Shown here: positions 19,921-30,085 of the stretch, one piece after another
How positions within the stretch are numbered: the stretch's first letter is position 1
Layout: every line of letters begins with the position of its first letter
Origin: Spirochaetia bacterium
GTDB lineage: Bacteria > Spirochaetota > Spirochaetia > CADAEX01
Assembly: GCA_963662795.1 (NCBI GenBank)
Contig: OY759746.1
Coordinates: 1,696,001-1,760,000, forward strand
DNA length: 64,000 bases
Reading direction: 5' to 3'
The notes under the pieces: generated by a model
The model's input: the letters and a program-made list of their open reading frames with translations, nothing else
Told to the model about the DNA's origin: nothing
Database searches by the model: none
Position numbers and translations under genes: made by a program

Positions 19921-21450
19921 ATGTTAGAATATATCTTGGCTTCAATGTTTGAAGTATTGAAATGGCAAAACCTTTTAGCGTCTTTGCTGGGGGTCGCGTT
20001 CGGACTGTTTATCGGGGCAACCCCCGGACTCACAATATCCCTGGGAATGGTGCTGCTGCTTCCAATAACTTTTTCTCTTGATCCTGTTACATCTGTCTGC
20101 CTTCTTCTGGGCCTTTACGCGGCCGGAATGACGGGCGGTTCATTTTCTGCGATACTTCTCAATATTCCGGGAACACCTTCGGCATCGGCGACAGCTATTG
20201 ACGGGCATATTATGGCTCAGCAGGGGAAAGCAGGTCAGGCCCTGGGAACCGCAATTATCGCGTCTTTCATCGGAGGGATAATCGGGCTTTTCTGTCTTTC
20301 AGCGATATCCCCTTTTCTCGCGAAAGCTGCGCTCAAATTCGGAGCGCCTGAACTTTTCGCCCTTGTTCTGCTGGGAATTACACTGATATGCAGCTTCGGA
20401 CAGCAGTCTCTGTCGAAAAGCGTGATAGCAGGACTGATAGGTTTGATAATTATGACAGCGGGTCTTGATTCAATGACGGGAACGCCCCGGTTTACATTCG
20501 GTATGATGGACCTTCAGGCAGGGATCCCTTTCCTTCCTGCAATGATAGGGCTGTTTGCGATTCCTCAGATAATTGCAGGATTGACAAGCAAGTTGAGCGT
20601 CATTCCGAAGTATGATAAAAAAATAACAGGTATACTGCCGAAATTTTCAGATATCGGAAAAAGAATGAGAGCAATACTGACCGGGGCCTTTATCGGAACA
20701 GGTATAGGGGCAATTCCGGGAGCGGGCGGGGCTATCGCTGTTTTTCTCGCTTACGACGCATCAAAAAAGATTTCAAAGGATAAGGAAAATTACGGCAACG
20801 GCTCAGCTGATGGAATTGCGGCGCCTGAGGCTGCCAATAACGCGGTAGGGGGCGGAGCCCTTATACCGATGCTTACGCTCGGAATACCCGGGGATCCCAT
20901 CACCGCGATACTTCTCGGATCACTTATGATTCACGGTCTTATACCGGGTCCCCTTCTTTTTGAAACAAATCCCCAGTTTGTATTTTCAATCTTCTGGGCA
21001 TTTTTAATTGCAAATATTTTTAATCTTGTTGTTTCATTTACCAGCATTAATTTCTGGGTAAGAATCCTGAAAGTACCGCAAAGGATACTCCTTCCAATAA
21101 TTCTTGTTCTCTGTGTTGTCGGTTCCTATTCACTCAGAAATACTTTTTTTGATACAGGTATAATGATATTTTTCGGAATCCTTGCTTTCTTTATGAAAAA
21201 ATACGGATTTCCGGTTGTTCCTTTGCTTCTGGCGCTGATTCTCGGGCCTAACCTTGAAGAACACCTCAGGATGTCTCTTATAATAAGCCAGGGCAATCCG
21301 ATGGTCTTTGTAAGACATCCGATAAGTCTTTTCTTTATTATTGTATCACTAATCTCACTTACCGCTCCTTTTCTCGTGCCTGCCATTAAAAAAGAACTGG
21401 CAAAGGGCGCGGAGAAATGTACGCCGAAGAGTGATGATATAAATAAATAA
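19921..21450 (+). CDS. tctA: TTT large permease subunit
   Basis: GATPGL, ILLNIPGTPS, APEAANNA, LTLGIPG motifs. Confidence 0.95.
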   Translation: MLEYILASMFEVLKWQNLLASLLGVAFGLFIGATPGLTISLGMVLLLPITFSLDPVTSVCLLLGLYAAGMTGGSFSAILLNIPGTPSASATAIDGHIMAQQGKAGQALGTAIIASFIGGIIGLFCLSAISPFLAKAALKFGAPELFALVLLGITLICSFGQQSLSKSVIAGLIGLIIMTAGLDSMTGTPRFTFGMMDLQAGIPFLPAMIGLFAIPQIIAGLTSKLSVIPKYDKKITGILPKFSDIGKRMRAILTGAFIGTGIGAIPGAGGAIAVFLAYDASKKISKDKENYGNGSADGIAAPEAANNAVGGGALIPMLTLGIPGDPITAILLGSLMIHGLIPGPLLFETNPQFVFSIFWAFLIANIFNLVVSFTSINFWVRILKVPQRILLPIILVLCVVGSYSLRNTFFDTGIMIFFGILAFFMKKYGFPVVPLLLALILGPNLEEHLRMSLIISQGNPMVFVRHPISLFFIIVSLISLTAPFLVPAIKKELAKGAEKCTPKSDDINK

Positions 21451-21478
21451 TTCTTAAAAATATTGTGGAGGATGAAAA

Positions 21479-21937
21479 ATGAGCTGTGATAAATGTGATG
21501 AATGCCTGAAATACTACAACAGCGGAAGTACCGGAGGGTATAACTGTGCTGAATCAACCCTGTACGGGCTTGCAAAATATCTGGAAATTGACAGTACCCT
21601 GATTCCCAGAATTGCCACCCCCTTCGGCGGCGGTTTCGGCAGGAACGGTATGATGTGCGGAAGTCTTGCCGCAGGCGGAATGGCCCTCGGTATTGTATAC
21701 GGCCGCGACAGTATTGATGAAGAAAGGGCGCCTGCCTATGAAGCTGTCGACAGGCTTCTTGCGAAATTCAGGGATAATATCGGGAATATAAACTGTCTTG
21801 ATATTACAGGCCTTGACCTCAAGAAAACTCAGCCGACCGATGATGAAAAACTTAAAGTCCATGAAAACATATGCAAACCGCTTGTCCGGAAAGTCTGCGA
21901 ATGGGTAATCGAAGATATTGAGGAACACCGTAAATGA
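21479..21937 (+). CDS. C_GCAxxG_C_C family putative redox protein
   Basis: YNCAES, FGGG, CGSLAAG, NC, C pattern. Confidence 0.85.
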   Translation: MSCDKCDECLKYYNSGSTGGYNCAESTLYGLAKYLEIDSTLIPRIATPFGGGFGRNGMMCGSLAAGGMALGIVYGRDSIDEERAPAYEAVDRLLAKFRDNIGNINCLDITGLDLKKTQPTDDEKLKVHENICKPLVRKVCEWVIEDIEEHRK

Positions 21938-23655
21938 AAAGAGAAAAGCTGCTTGTAATCGGAGGTGTCGCCGCGGGGGCAAAAACCGCGGCAAAAGCCA
22001 GGAGAGAAAATCAGTCGCTTGATATTACAATCCTGTCCAATGAAGATATGATCTCCTATGCCGGGTGCGGGCTTCCTTATTATATCGGCGGTGTTATTGA
22101 GACAGAAGAAGCGCTTAAAATTGTCAAAGCCGAATCTTTTGAAAAAGTGCGGGATATAAAGGTAGAGCTTAATACAGAAGCAAAAGATATTGATCCGGTT
22201 AACAAGACAGTAGCCGCCATTGATTTACTAACAGGTAAAAATAAAAAATATGAATATGATACTCTGGTCATTGCCACCGGTGCAATTCCTTTTCCTCTTC
22301 CGCTCCCGGGGGCAGACCTCCCCGGGATATTTAATCTCAGAACTATCAGGGACTCCAATAAGATAAAAGACGCGGCGGTAAAGACAGCTGCAAAAAAAGG
22401 CCGGGCCCTTGTGATAGGTTCCGGTTTTATAGGAATTGAAACCGCGGAAAACCTTTTTGATATGGGAATTGAGACTGTTATTGTTGAGATGAAGGACCAG
22501 ATTCTGCCGGGTTTTGATTACGATGTATCCCTTTACATCAGGTATTTCATGGAGCAGAAAGGTGTACAGATAAAGACAGACGAAATGGTTACCGGTTTTA
22601 TTTCCCTGGGAAATGGAAAATTAAGAGTATCACTTCGTGATTCAGATGATATTGATGTGGATTTTGTCGTTTCAGCAGCCGGTGTTAAAGCCAATACATC
22701 AATTGCGGTCAATTGCGGAATAAAAACAGGTATTGCCGGCGCCATCAAGGTTGATGATAATTTTGAAACAAATATCAAAGACATATTTGCTGTAGGCGAT
22801 TGTGTTGAAATGAAAAACCGTATTACCGGTAAAGAGTGCTGGGTCCCGCTCGGTTCTACTGCAAACAAGATGGGCAGGATCATGGCGGAGAAACGGTTCG
22901 GAGGGTCTTCAGAGATTTTCCCCGGAGTCCTTGGCACAATGATAATCAAGGTTTTCGAAATGACAGCAGGAAAAACCGGTCTGACCGAAAGGGATGCCAA
23001 AGCCGCGGGATTCGATTATGATACTGTAATAGTTCCCGGAAACGACAGCGCCGGATACTATCCGGGATTCAAAGAGATAATAACCAAACTTATATATGAG
23101 AAAAAAAGCGGAAGGGTTCTCGGCGGGCAGGTGTTCGGCTGGGGAGTTGTTGATAAACCGGTAGATATCCTTGTTACGGCAATAAGCTTTAACGCTACAA
23201 TATTTGATCTTTCAAATCTTGATCTTGCCTATGCCCCCCCGTTTTCCAACGCTATGGCATCAACTATCGCATCCTCCAATACCGGAAGAAATAAACTTAC
23301 GGGAAGGGTTAAAACAATACATCCTGTAGATCTTTTTTCAGCTGAGAAAAACAGAAGTGTTACAATCCTTGATATCAGAACAGATGATGAGGTTGCTGAA
23401 TGGTCCATACCGGGTTCAATCCATATTGAAAATACTTACCTCACGGAAAGAATCGGCGAACTTGATAAAAATAAAGAATATGCCATCCTCTGCAGAAGGG
23501 GAATAAGGGCGTATAACGCCTATAAGATTCTTGAAAAAGCAGGTTTTGAAAAAATTGCGGTTTTATCCGGAGGAACTGTGTTTTCCGCACACTTCTGGGA
23601 AAAACTCAGGCAGGATACAGTGCTGCAAAAAGGCACCCCTTCGGGTAAAGGATGA
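21934..23655 (+). CDS. CoA-disulfide reductase/NADH oxidase family flavoprotein fused to a rhodanese domain
   Basis: GGVAAG, SYAGC redox Cys, GSGFIG, AVGD, LAYAPPF, C-terminal rhodanese CRRGIRA. Confidence 0.9.
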   Translation: MKREKLLVIGGVAAGAKTAAKARRENQSLDITILSNEDMISYAGCGLPYYIGGVIETEEALKIVKAESFEKVRDIKVELNTEAKDIDPVNKTVAAIDLLTGKNKKYEYDTLVIATGAIPFPLPLPGADLPGIFNLRTIRDSNKIKDAAVKTAAKKGRALVIGSGFIGIETAENLFDMGIETVIVEMKDQILPGFDYDVSLYIRYFMEQKGVQIKTDEMVTGFISLGNGKLRVSLRDSDDIDVDFVVSAAGVKANTSIAVNCGIKTGIAGAIKVDDNFETNIKDIFAVGDCVEMKNRITGKECWVPLGSTANKMGRIMAEKRFGGSSEIFPGVLGTMIIKVFEMTAGKTGLTERDAKAAGFDYDTVIVPGNDSAGYYPGFKEIITKLIYEKKSGRVLGGQVFGWGVVDKPVDILVTAISFNATIFDLSNLDLAYAPPFSNAMASTIASSNTGRNKLTGRVKTIHPVDLFSAEKNRSVTILDIRTDDEVAEWSIPGSIHIENTYLTERIGELDKNKEYAILCRRGIRAYNAYKILEKAGFEKIAVLSGGTVFSAHFWEKLRQDTVLQKGTPSGKG

Positions 23656-24041
23656 AAATATTTTCCGCGCTTGCGCTTGCCTCGGTAATTGCTTTTGCAA
23701 GTGAACTGTTATCCGGATTGCTGCTTCCCATGATACCGGGAAGCGTAATCGGGATTATAATTATGACAATCCTCCTTTATTCAAAGAGTATAAAGTATAA
23801 AACCATTGAGGAAGTCTCGGGATTTTTTCTTGATAATCTGGTTTTTTTTCTGATTCCTGTTGTTGTAAGCTGCGCTGATATAGGCAGATATGCCGGCAAA
23901 TATCTTTTTAAAATATTACTGCTGATAGCTGCCGGAACAATTATCGTAATGCTGGTTACCGGAATAACATCCCAGATTTTAATGAAGCTTTTTCACGGGC
24001 ATGAGACAGCGGGCCCCGGACGCGGAACGGACGGGAAATGA
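23652..24041 (+). CDS. CidA/LrgA family membrane protein
   Basis: PGSVIG, FFLIPVVV; paired with LrgB. Confidence 0.85.
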   Translation: MKIFSALALASVIAFASELLSGLLLPMIPGSVIGIIIMTILLYSKSIKYKTIEEVSGFFLDNLVFFLIPVVVSCADIGRYAGKYLFKILLLIAAGTIIVMLVTGITSQILMKLFHGHETAGPGRGTDGK

Positions 24042-24730
24042 AAGCTGTATCATCCGACCCTTTGTTCGGTCTGTTTATAACCATTACTATGTATGTTTTA
24101 TTTAAAAAATTATATCTGAAGACAGGGAAAATATATCTTCAGCCGGTAATCACGGCAAGCGCATCGATTATAATTATCCTTTATATTACGGGAATTTCTG
24201 TAGACAGTTATATGAAAGGGGGAGGAATAATTTTCGCTTTTCTTCCAATGGCAACGCTTTTTCTTTCAGTTCCGCTCTATCTTAAACTGGCCTCTGTACG
24301 AAGATACCTGGCTGTAATGATTATTTCCATTGTTCTTGGAAGCGCCTCCGGAATTGTCGCGGTAGTGTGGCTCGGCAGGATTATGGATATTCCTTTAGAT
24401 ATCTATATATCGCTTGTCCCTAAATCAGTAACAATGCCCCTTGCTGTCGGAATTGCTGAAAAAATCGGCGGTTTAAAGGAGCTTGCCGCGGCCGGGGTTG
24501 TATTTACCGGTATGACAGGACTTTTTATAGCTGATCTGATGTTTAAAATATTCAGAATAAAAAATCCTGCAGCGAAAGGACTTGCACTTGGTACTTCGGC
24601 CCATATCCTCGGTACCGGCCGTGCTGTGGAGATGGGGATGCTTGAAGGATCTGTCAGCAGCATGGCTATGGTAATAGCCGGTATAATTACAGCCCTTATA
24701 ACTCCGGTAATCCTCTATTTTCTTCTTTAA
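24038..24730 (+). CDS. LrgB family membrane protein
   Basis: VPLY, PKSVTMP, GLALGTSAHILGT. Confidence 0.92.
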   Translation: MKAVSSDPLFGLFITITMYVLFKKLYLKTGKIYLQPVITASASIIIILYITGISVDSYMKGGGIIFAFLPMATLFLSVPLYLKLASVRRYLAVMIISIVLGSASGIVAVVWLGRIMDIPLDIYISLVPKSVTMPLAVGIAEKIGGLKELAAAGVVFTGMTGLFIADLMFKIFRIKNPAAKGLALGTSAHILGTGRAVEMGMLEGSVSSMAMVIAGIITALITPVILYFLL

Positions 24731-24771
24731 ATAATTTATTCCTCAGTAACTACTCCTTTCTTTTTTTATTC

Positions 24772-24815
24772 TTGACATCCGGTAAAGCCGTGCTAAAATA
24801 ATATTGTAATACAAT
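24772..24815 (+). promoter_or_regulatory. Promoter plus FadR-type operator (site 2)
   Basis: TTGACA 24772-24777, TG-c-TAAAAT 24794-24799, ATTGTAATACAAT 24803-24815. Confidence 0.75.
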
Positions 24816-24839
24816 CTAACAGACTAAAAGGAGAAATTT

Positions 24840-26102
24840 ATGAGGAGACATGTGAAATTTCAATCTCTTCTTCTGACAGCAGTGATGCTGCTTACTGCAG
24901 TATTTAATGTATCTGCAGGAGGGAAAAAGGAAGCTGATAATCCGACAGAATTTAAAATGGGATTCATGACTTCACTAAGCGGTACTTTTGCTGCGGTAGG
25001 TGAGACACAGAGAATGGGTACGCTTCTTGCTGTTGAAGAAATCAACGCGAAAGGCGGCCTTGACATGCCATGGGGAAAAGTAAAAGTCACAACAAGCATT
25101 AAAGATGATGAGGCCAAGCTTGATGTTGGTGTCAGAAGATACAGAGAGCTTATGGGTGAAGGGATAAATGCGCTTACAGGTACAGCATGGAACCCTATGG
25201 CGGCGGCTATCAATGAAGAAGGAAAAATTACCCCGATTCCATATCTTGCCGGATGCGTTCCTGCTCTTGATTCTTTTAAAAAGGGTAATCCTGCAATAGG
25301 AACATTCTCAGTAGCATTTACTCCATGGAGTATCGGCTATCTGGCAGGAGCTTCGGTTATCAAGCAGATGGGCAAAAAAACCATCTTCTATGTATCAAGA
25401 GCTGATTCATGGGGAAGCACAATATATGAAGGACTTAAAGCTGCAATTGCTGAATACGGCGGGGAGATTGTAGGCTTTGCTGAATATCCTCTCGGGAATG
25501 TGGACTTTTCAGCCGCAATAAACAAAGCGCTGGAAGTTAAACCCGATGTATTCATGGCCTGCCAGTTTGGAGGAGATGCCATTGCGATATTCAAACAGGC
25601 TTATGATATGGGTCTTCACAAAGAGTCTCTTATGTTTAATACATGGACAACAAATGTAGTAGGGAAAGGAATTCCTCCAGCCGCTCTTAAAGAACTTTAT
25701 GCTCTTAATTTCTATTATTACAATCTTGAAGGTTTCGGAAATCCGGAACTTGAGAAGAAAGCAAAAGCATATACTGACGCTCACGTGAAAATGTTTAACC
25801 AGCCGCCTGATGCATACGGAACAATCTCCTACATGGCTGCCAAAATTATTTTTGAGGCAGTAGAAAAAACCGGTACATTTGATCCTGTAAAAGTATCAGA
25901 ATATATTAAAACTGCAACATTCGATACTGTAAAGGGCAAGATGGCATTCAGGGAGGATAATGAACTTCTCGGTGATTACATGGCATTCATAGTAAAGGGA
26001 AAGGCTAAAGAGGAAATGAAAGATCCCAGCGATGTATGGAAAGTAACCGGTTCTTTCGGCGGACCCACAACTCTGCCGTCGCTTAAATCACTTGGTTATT
26101 AA
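24840..26102 (+). CDS. LIV-type (HAAT) ABC substrate-binding protein 1
   Basis: SLSGTFAAVG, LAVEEINAKGG, DFSAAINKA; leader SAGGKKE. Confidence 0.88.
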   Translation: MRRHVKFQSLLLTAVMLLTAVFNVSAGGKKEADNPTEFKMGFMTSLSGTFAAVGETQRMGTLLAVEEINAKGGLDMPWGKVKVTTSIKDDEAKLDVGVRRYRELMGEGINALTGTAWNPMAAAINEEGKITPIPYLAGCVPALDSFKKGNPAIGTFSVAFTPWSIGYLAGASVIKQMGKKTIFYVSRADSWGSTIYEGLKAAIAEYGGEIVGFAEYPLGNVDFSAAINKALEVKPDVFMACQFGGDAIAIFKQAYDMGLHKESLMFNTWTTNVVGKGIPPAALKELYALNFYYYNLEGFGNPELEKKAKAYTDAHVKMFNQPPDAYGTISYMAAKIIFEAVEKTGTFDPVKVSEYIKTATFDTVKGKMAFREDNELLGDYMAFIVKGKAKEEMKDPSDVWKVTGSFGGPTTLPSLKSLGY

Positions 26103-26144
26103 TTCCCGGTACTGGCCGGATTTTACGGATATGTAAAACTTTTT

Positions 26145-26184
26145 AAAACAGCATTCCGTAGTTTATCGGGATGCTGTTTTTTTT
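26145..26184 (+). terminator. Intrinsic terminator between the two binding-protein genes
   Basis: AAAACAGCATTCCG-tagtttat-CGGGATGCTGTTTT followed by TTTT. Confidence 0.75.
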
Positions 26185-26215
26185 ACTTTGCTTAAAAATT
26201 ATTTCAGGAGGAAAT

Positions 26216-27463
26216 ATGAAGAAAATACTTATTTTTTCACTTGCTCTTTTATTGACTGCTGCTGTGCTATTCGGCGGCGGCAAAAAAGAAACTGAAAATC
26301 CTTCAGTTTTCAAGATCGGATTTTCATCATCACTCAGCGGAACATTTGCCGGCGTAGCTGAAACACAGCGCAAGTCATTTGTCCTTGCAGTTGAAGAAAT
26401 CAATGCTGCCGGGGGTCTGAAGATGCCGTGGGGTAAAGTTCCTGTTGAATCCTTAATTGAAGATGACCAGGCAAAACTTGATGTGGGGGTGAGAAAATTC
26501 AGGGAAATGATGGACCAGGGAATGGATGCTCTTACAGGCGGAATCTGGAACCCGATGTCTGCCGCGCTTAATGAAGAGACAAAAATCAATCCTGTTATTT
26601 ATGTTCCCGGCTTTGTTCCGTCAAAAGATGCTTTCCTTGAAGGAAATCCTTCTGTCTGCACATATACTCCTACATTTACGCCCTGGAGCATCGGATATAT
26701 CACAGGAAAATCCATTGCCAAAAATCTCGGTAAAAAAACAATTTTTTATCTGAAGAGGGCGGATTCCTGGGGCACTGTAATCCAGGAAGGACTTGAGGCT
26801 GCATGCAAAGAATACGGAGCGCAGATTATAGCTGTTGAAGAGCTCCCTGCCGGTACAGTTGATTATTCAGCTGTTATAAATAAGGCGCTCAGAGCAAAAC
26901 CGGATGTGTTTGTAACTACAATGTTCGGGGGCGATGCAATCGCAAACCTTAAACAGGCATATGATATGGGCCTTTATGATGTAACTACAATCTTTAATGT
27001 ATGGACAGCCAATATTGTTGCCAAAGGAATTCCTGAGAATGCACTTGCCGGCCACTATGCTCTTGCGTGGTTTTACTATGACCTGACAGGATTCAAGGAT
27101 AAGGAAGTAGCTGATAAAACAAAAAAATATACTGATGACTACAGGGCAAGATGGAACGAGCCGCCTGATAACATGGGAACAGCCGCTTATCTGGCTGCAA
27201 AACTGATTTTCGGCGCGGTTGAAGAGGCAGGCACATTTGACCCTGCAAAGGTGAGCAAGGTTTTTGAAACCAAAAAAATTGACACAATAAAAGGAAGTTA
27301 CATATTCAGAAAGGACAGGCAGCCGCTTAATGATCACACAGCTTTCCTTTTAAAAGGGAAAACACCTTCAGAGAAAAAAGATGCATGGGATTTTTTCACA
27401 GTTGTTGATTCCTTCGGCGGAGAAGAAGTCCTGCCGCCGCTTTCTGTAATGGGTTACAAATAA
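26216..27463 (+). CDS. LIV-type ABC substrate-binding protein 2 (paralog of 24840)
   Basis: Shares MPWGKV, AKLDVGVR, FTPWSIGY, RADSWG, FGGDAIA, KQAYDMGL with SBP1. Start ATG 26216 after AGGAGG. Confidence 0.88.
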   Translation: MKKILIFSLALLLTAAVLFGGGKKETENPSVFKIGFSSSLSGTFAGVAETQRKSFVLAVEEINAAGGLKMPWGKVPVESLIEDDQAKLDVGVRKFREMMDQGMDALTGGIWNPMSAALNEETKINPVIYVPGFVPSKDAFLEGNPSVCTYTPTFTPWSIGYITGKSIAKNLGKKTIFYLKRADSWGTVIQEGLEAACKEYGAQIIAVEELPAGTVDYSAVINKALRAKPDVFVTTMFGGDAIANLKQAYDMGLYDVTTIFNVWTANIVAKGIPENALAGHYALAWFYYDLTGFKDKEVADKTKKYTDDYRARWNEPPDNMGTAAYLAAKLIFGAVEEAGTFDPAKVSKVFETKKIDTIKGSYIFRKDRQPLNDHTAFLLKGKTPSEKKDAWDFFTVVDSFGGEEVLPPLSVMGYK

Positions 27464-27474
27464 GGAGTTTTAGT

Positions 27475-27852
27475 ATGGTACCAAAATATGAGGTCAGGAA
27501 AAAAATCAGTGATGTTCCATGGGAAGAGCATTTCATGGATGACGGCGGAAGTAAAATTAAATGGATATATACCCGGGAAAAGGACGGAACACCTATAACT
27601 GTAATGCTTATAGAACTCAGGGAAGGACTTTCGCTCCCTGAGCATGTACACCGTGACCAGCCTGACCTGATTCATGTACTTGAAGGCGAGGCAACAATGT
27701 TTATTGAAGGCGAAGGGGAATTCCCCCTTGAAGCAGGAATGGTAATCATGGTGCCGCCAAATACCAGGCATACAATAAAAAACATTAAAAAAACTGTAAG
27801 GCTTTACAATGTTTTTGCACCGGCCATGCCGTATATGCCGGCAAAAAAATAG
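27475..27852 (+). CDS. Cupin domain protein
   Basis: PEHVH...D..HVLEG, VPPNTRH. Confidence 0.85.
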   Translation: MVPKYEVRKKISDVPWEEHFMDDGGSKIKWIYTREKDGTPITVMLIELREGLSLPEHVHRDQPDLIHVLEGEATMFIEGEGEFPLEAGMVIMVPPNTRHTIKNIKKTVRLYNVFAPAMPYMPAKK

Positions 27853-27855
27853 TTT

Positions 27856-28884
27856 ATGAATGCAATGGTCCTGAGGGAGTATAATAATTCCCTCGTAATG
27901 GAAAAAGTTTCTGATCCCTGTCCCCTTCCGGACGAAGTGGTCGTTAAGGTTCACGGGGCGGGGATGTGTTATACAGACATCAAAATTGTTGCGGGTCAGC
28001 TTTCGAAATTTATAAAGCTTCCGCATATTCCTGGACATGAAATAGCCGGTGAGATTGTTGAAACCGGTAAAAACGTGAAGAATTTAAAACCGGGGCATAA
28101 GGGGGTTGTCTATTCCATAATTGGATGCGGCGACTGTCTTTACTGCCGCAGCGGCAAAGAGAATCTATGCATTAATACCAGGAGGATAGGATTTGAGGAA
28201 AACGGAGGATTTGCCGAATATGTAAAACTTCCCGCCTATAATTTCTGCCCGTTTAACAGCAGTATGCCTTTTGAAAAAATGGCAATACTGCCGGATGCTG
28301 TAGGAACTCCGTATCATGCATTCAAGGAAATTGCAAATCCCGGTTCGGCTCAGTCTGTGTTGATTGTAGGTGCCGGAGGTCTGGGTATACATGCTGTTCA
28401 GCTTGCAAAACATAAAGGATCATATGTCATTGTATGTGATATAAAAAATGATGCGCTCGAACTTGCAAAAAAATACGGGGCAGATGTATGTTTTAATCTG
28501 AAAAATGAAAACGATATAGTAAGTGCTGTTTATAACGCTACTGCCGGTCTTGGGGCGGATATTGTTCTTGAGGGAGTCGGGAAGGAGATAACCTTCTCGT
28601 GGTCGTTAAGATGTCTTAAAAAAGGGGGAACTTTAATTGTTATGGGCTATGATCCTGTCAATAAAGTTCCTGTTCCCTTCATTGATATGCATAATAATGA
28701 ATGGAAAATAGCAGGGACAAAGATTACGACAAAGCAGGATCTGCTTGAAGTAATTGATCTTGTGGATAACGGTATTATAGATCCGGTTGTTACCAGGGTG
28801 ATAAATCTTGGTGAAATCAACAGCGGCCTTGATCTTGTCCGTAATCATGAAATACCCGGCAGGGTTTGTGTGAAAATTGAATAA
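27856..28884 (+). CDS. Zn-dependent dehydrogenase, paralog set B
   Basis: MCYTD, LPHIPGHE, CGDCLYC...C, GAGGLG, Asp after the Rossmann beta-B strand (VCDIK). Confidence 0.9.
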   Translation: MNAMVLREYNNSLVMEKVSDPCPLPDEVVVKVHGAGMCYTDIKIVAGQLSKFIKLPHIPGHEIAGEIVETGKNVKNLKPGHKGVVYSIIGCGDCLYCRSGKENLCINTRRIGFEENGGFAEYVKLPAYNFCPFNSSMPFEKMAILPDAVGTPYHAFKEIANPGSAQSVLIVGAGGLGIHAVQLAKHKGSYVIVCDIKNDALELAKKYGADVCFNLKNENDIVSAVYNATAGLGADIVLEGVGKEITFSWSLRCLKKGGTLIVMGYDPVNKVPVPFIDMHNNEWKIAGTKITTKQDLLEVIDLVDNGIIDPVVTRVINLGEINSGLDLVRNHEIPGRVCVKIE

Positions 28885-28903
28885 AACTATTCAAAGAGGA
28901 AAA

Positions 28904-29971
28904 ATGAAAACACCGGTTTATATGGCTGCCGCAATAGTTAAAAGCTCTAATAACGTTCAAATTGAAAAAATACCTGTTCCCGTTCCGGGACCGGAGGAAG
29001 TCCTGATAAAGGTTGAATCCTGCGCAGTATGCAGCACAGATTTAAGTCTTATAACTCAGCCGGGTCCGGGGCAGCCTGCATTCGGATCTTTTATCCCCGG
29101 CCATGAATATTCCGGTACAATAGCCGCAAAGGGAGAATCTGTTGATGAAGTTGAGATAGGTGACCGGGTCGCGGTTGAAGTCCACAAAGGGTGCGGAAGG
29201 TGCATTAACTGCAGAAACGGTTATTATACATGCTGTCTGAACTGGGGAAATAAAAAAAGGGGACACAGGGCAAACGGAATGACTACATATGGAGGATTTG
29301 CCCAGTATGCAGTCAATCATATCAGTACTGTTTATAAAATATCTGAAAATGTATCATTTGATGAAGCTTCACTGATTACAAATGCCGGTTGTGTATTATA
29401 CGGTTTTGAAATAAGCGGAGGTTATTTTGTAGGTGATCAGGTTGCTGTTATCGGAGATGGTCCGCTTGGCCTTATTTCTCTTCAGATTGCAAAAACTCTT
29501 GGCGCGGATAATGTTTCGCTTGTCGGCCTTGACGATTTCAAGATGGATATTGCCAGAAATCTTGGGGCCGATAGTGTAATTGATGTTAAAAAAAACGATC
29601 CGGTAAGCATATTGAAACCTGCCTTTAATCTGGGTGTAGACCTTGCAATTGAAGCTTCAGGATCCGAAGCCGGCATCAGAACCGCTCTTAAAATACCGAA
29701 GTGGGCGGGAAAGGTCCTTCTTCTGGGTATCCCGTCAGGTGAAATCAGGACTGACCTCAGGGAATTTGCCCGCGGAAACAAATATCTCTTTACTGTCAGG
29801 GGCGAGGGGTTGTCCAATTGCGGGAAAGCTGTCTCTCTTCTTAAAAATAAAAAACTTTCACTTGAAAGTCTGATTACGCACAGGTTTGATCTTAAGGATT
29901 TAAATAAAGCCCTTGAAGTGCATAATTCATCTGAAATAAAATCAATTAAAGTCGTAGTCAACCCATCCTGA
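28904..29971 (+). CDS. Zn-dependent dehydrogenase, paralog set A
   Basis: VCSTD, GHEY, CGRCINC, GHRANGMTTYGG, FTVRGEG. Start ATG 28904 after AGAGGA. Confidence 0.9.
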   Translation: MKTPVYMAAAIVKSSNNVQIEKIPVPVPGPEEVLIKVESCAVCSTDLSLITQPGPGQPAFGSFIPGHEYSGTIAAKGESVDEVEIGDRVAVEVHKGCGRCINCRNGYYTCCLNWGNKKRGHRANGMTTYGGFAQYAVNHISTVYKISENVSFDEASLITNAGCVLYGFEISGGYFVGDQVAVIGDGPLGLISLQIAKTLGADNVSLVGLDDFKMDIARNLGADSVIDVKKNDPVSILKPAFNLGVDLAIEASGSEAGIRTALKIPKWAGKVLLLGIPSGEIRTDLREFARGNKYLFTVRGEGLSNCGKAVSLLKNKKLSLESLITHRFDLKDLNKALEVHNSSEIKSIKVVVNPS

Positions 29972-29993
29972 AAAAATGATAAAAATCATTTGA

Positions 29994-30037
29994 TTGACAT
30001 TGTATATAACTATGCTATAATTTTACTGTATTACAAT
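29994..30037 (+). promoter_or_regulatory. Promoter plus FadR-type operator (site 3)
   Basis: TTGACA 29994-29999, TG-c-TATAAT 30016-30021, ACTGTATTACAAT 30025-30037. Confidence 0.75.
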
Positions 30038-30085
30038 CTGACAAATGAATAATGATTCTTTATAATTTTATATCGGGAGCATTAG

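Noticed and set aside
23652-24730. CidA/LrgB as holin/antiholin of a prophage
   Set aside because: No phage genes are present; the metabolic context fits a carboxylate transporter role better.
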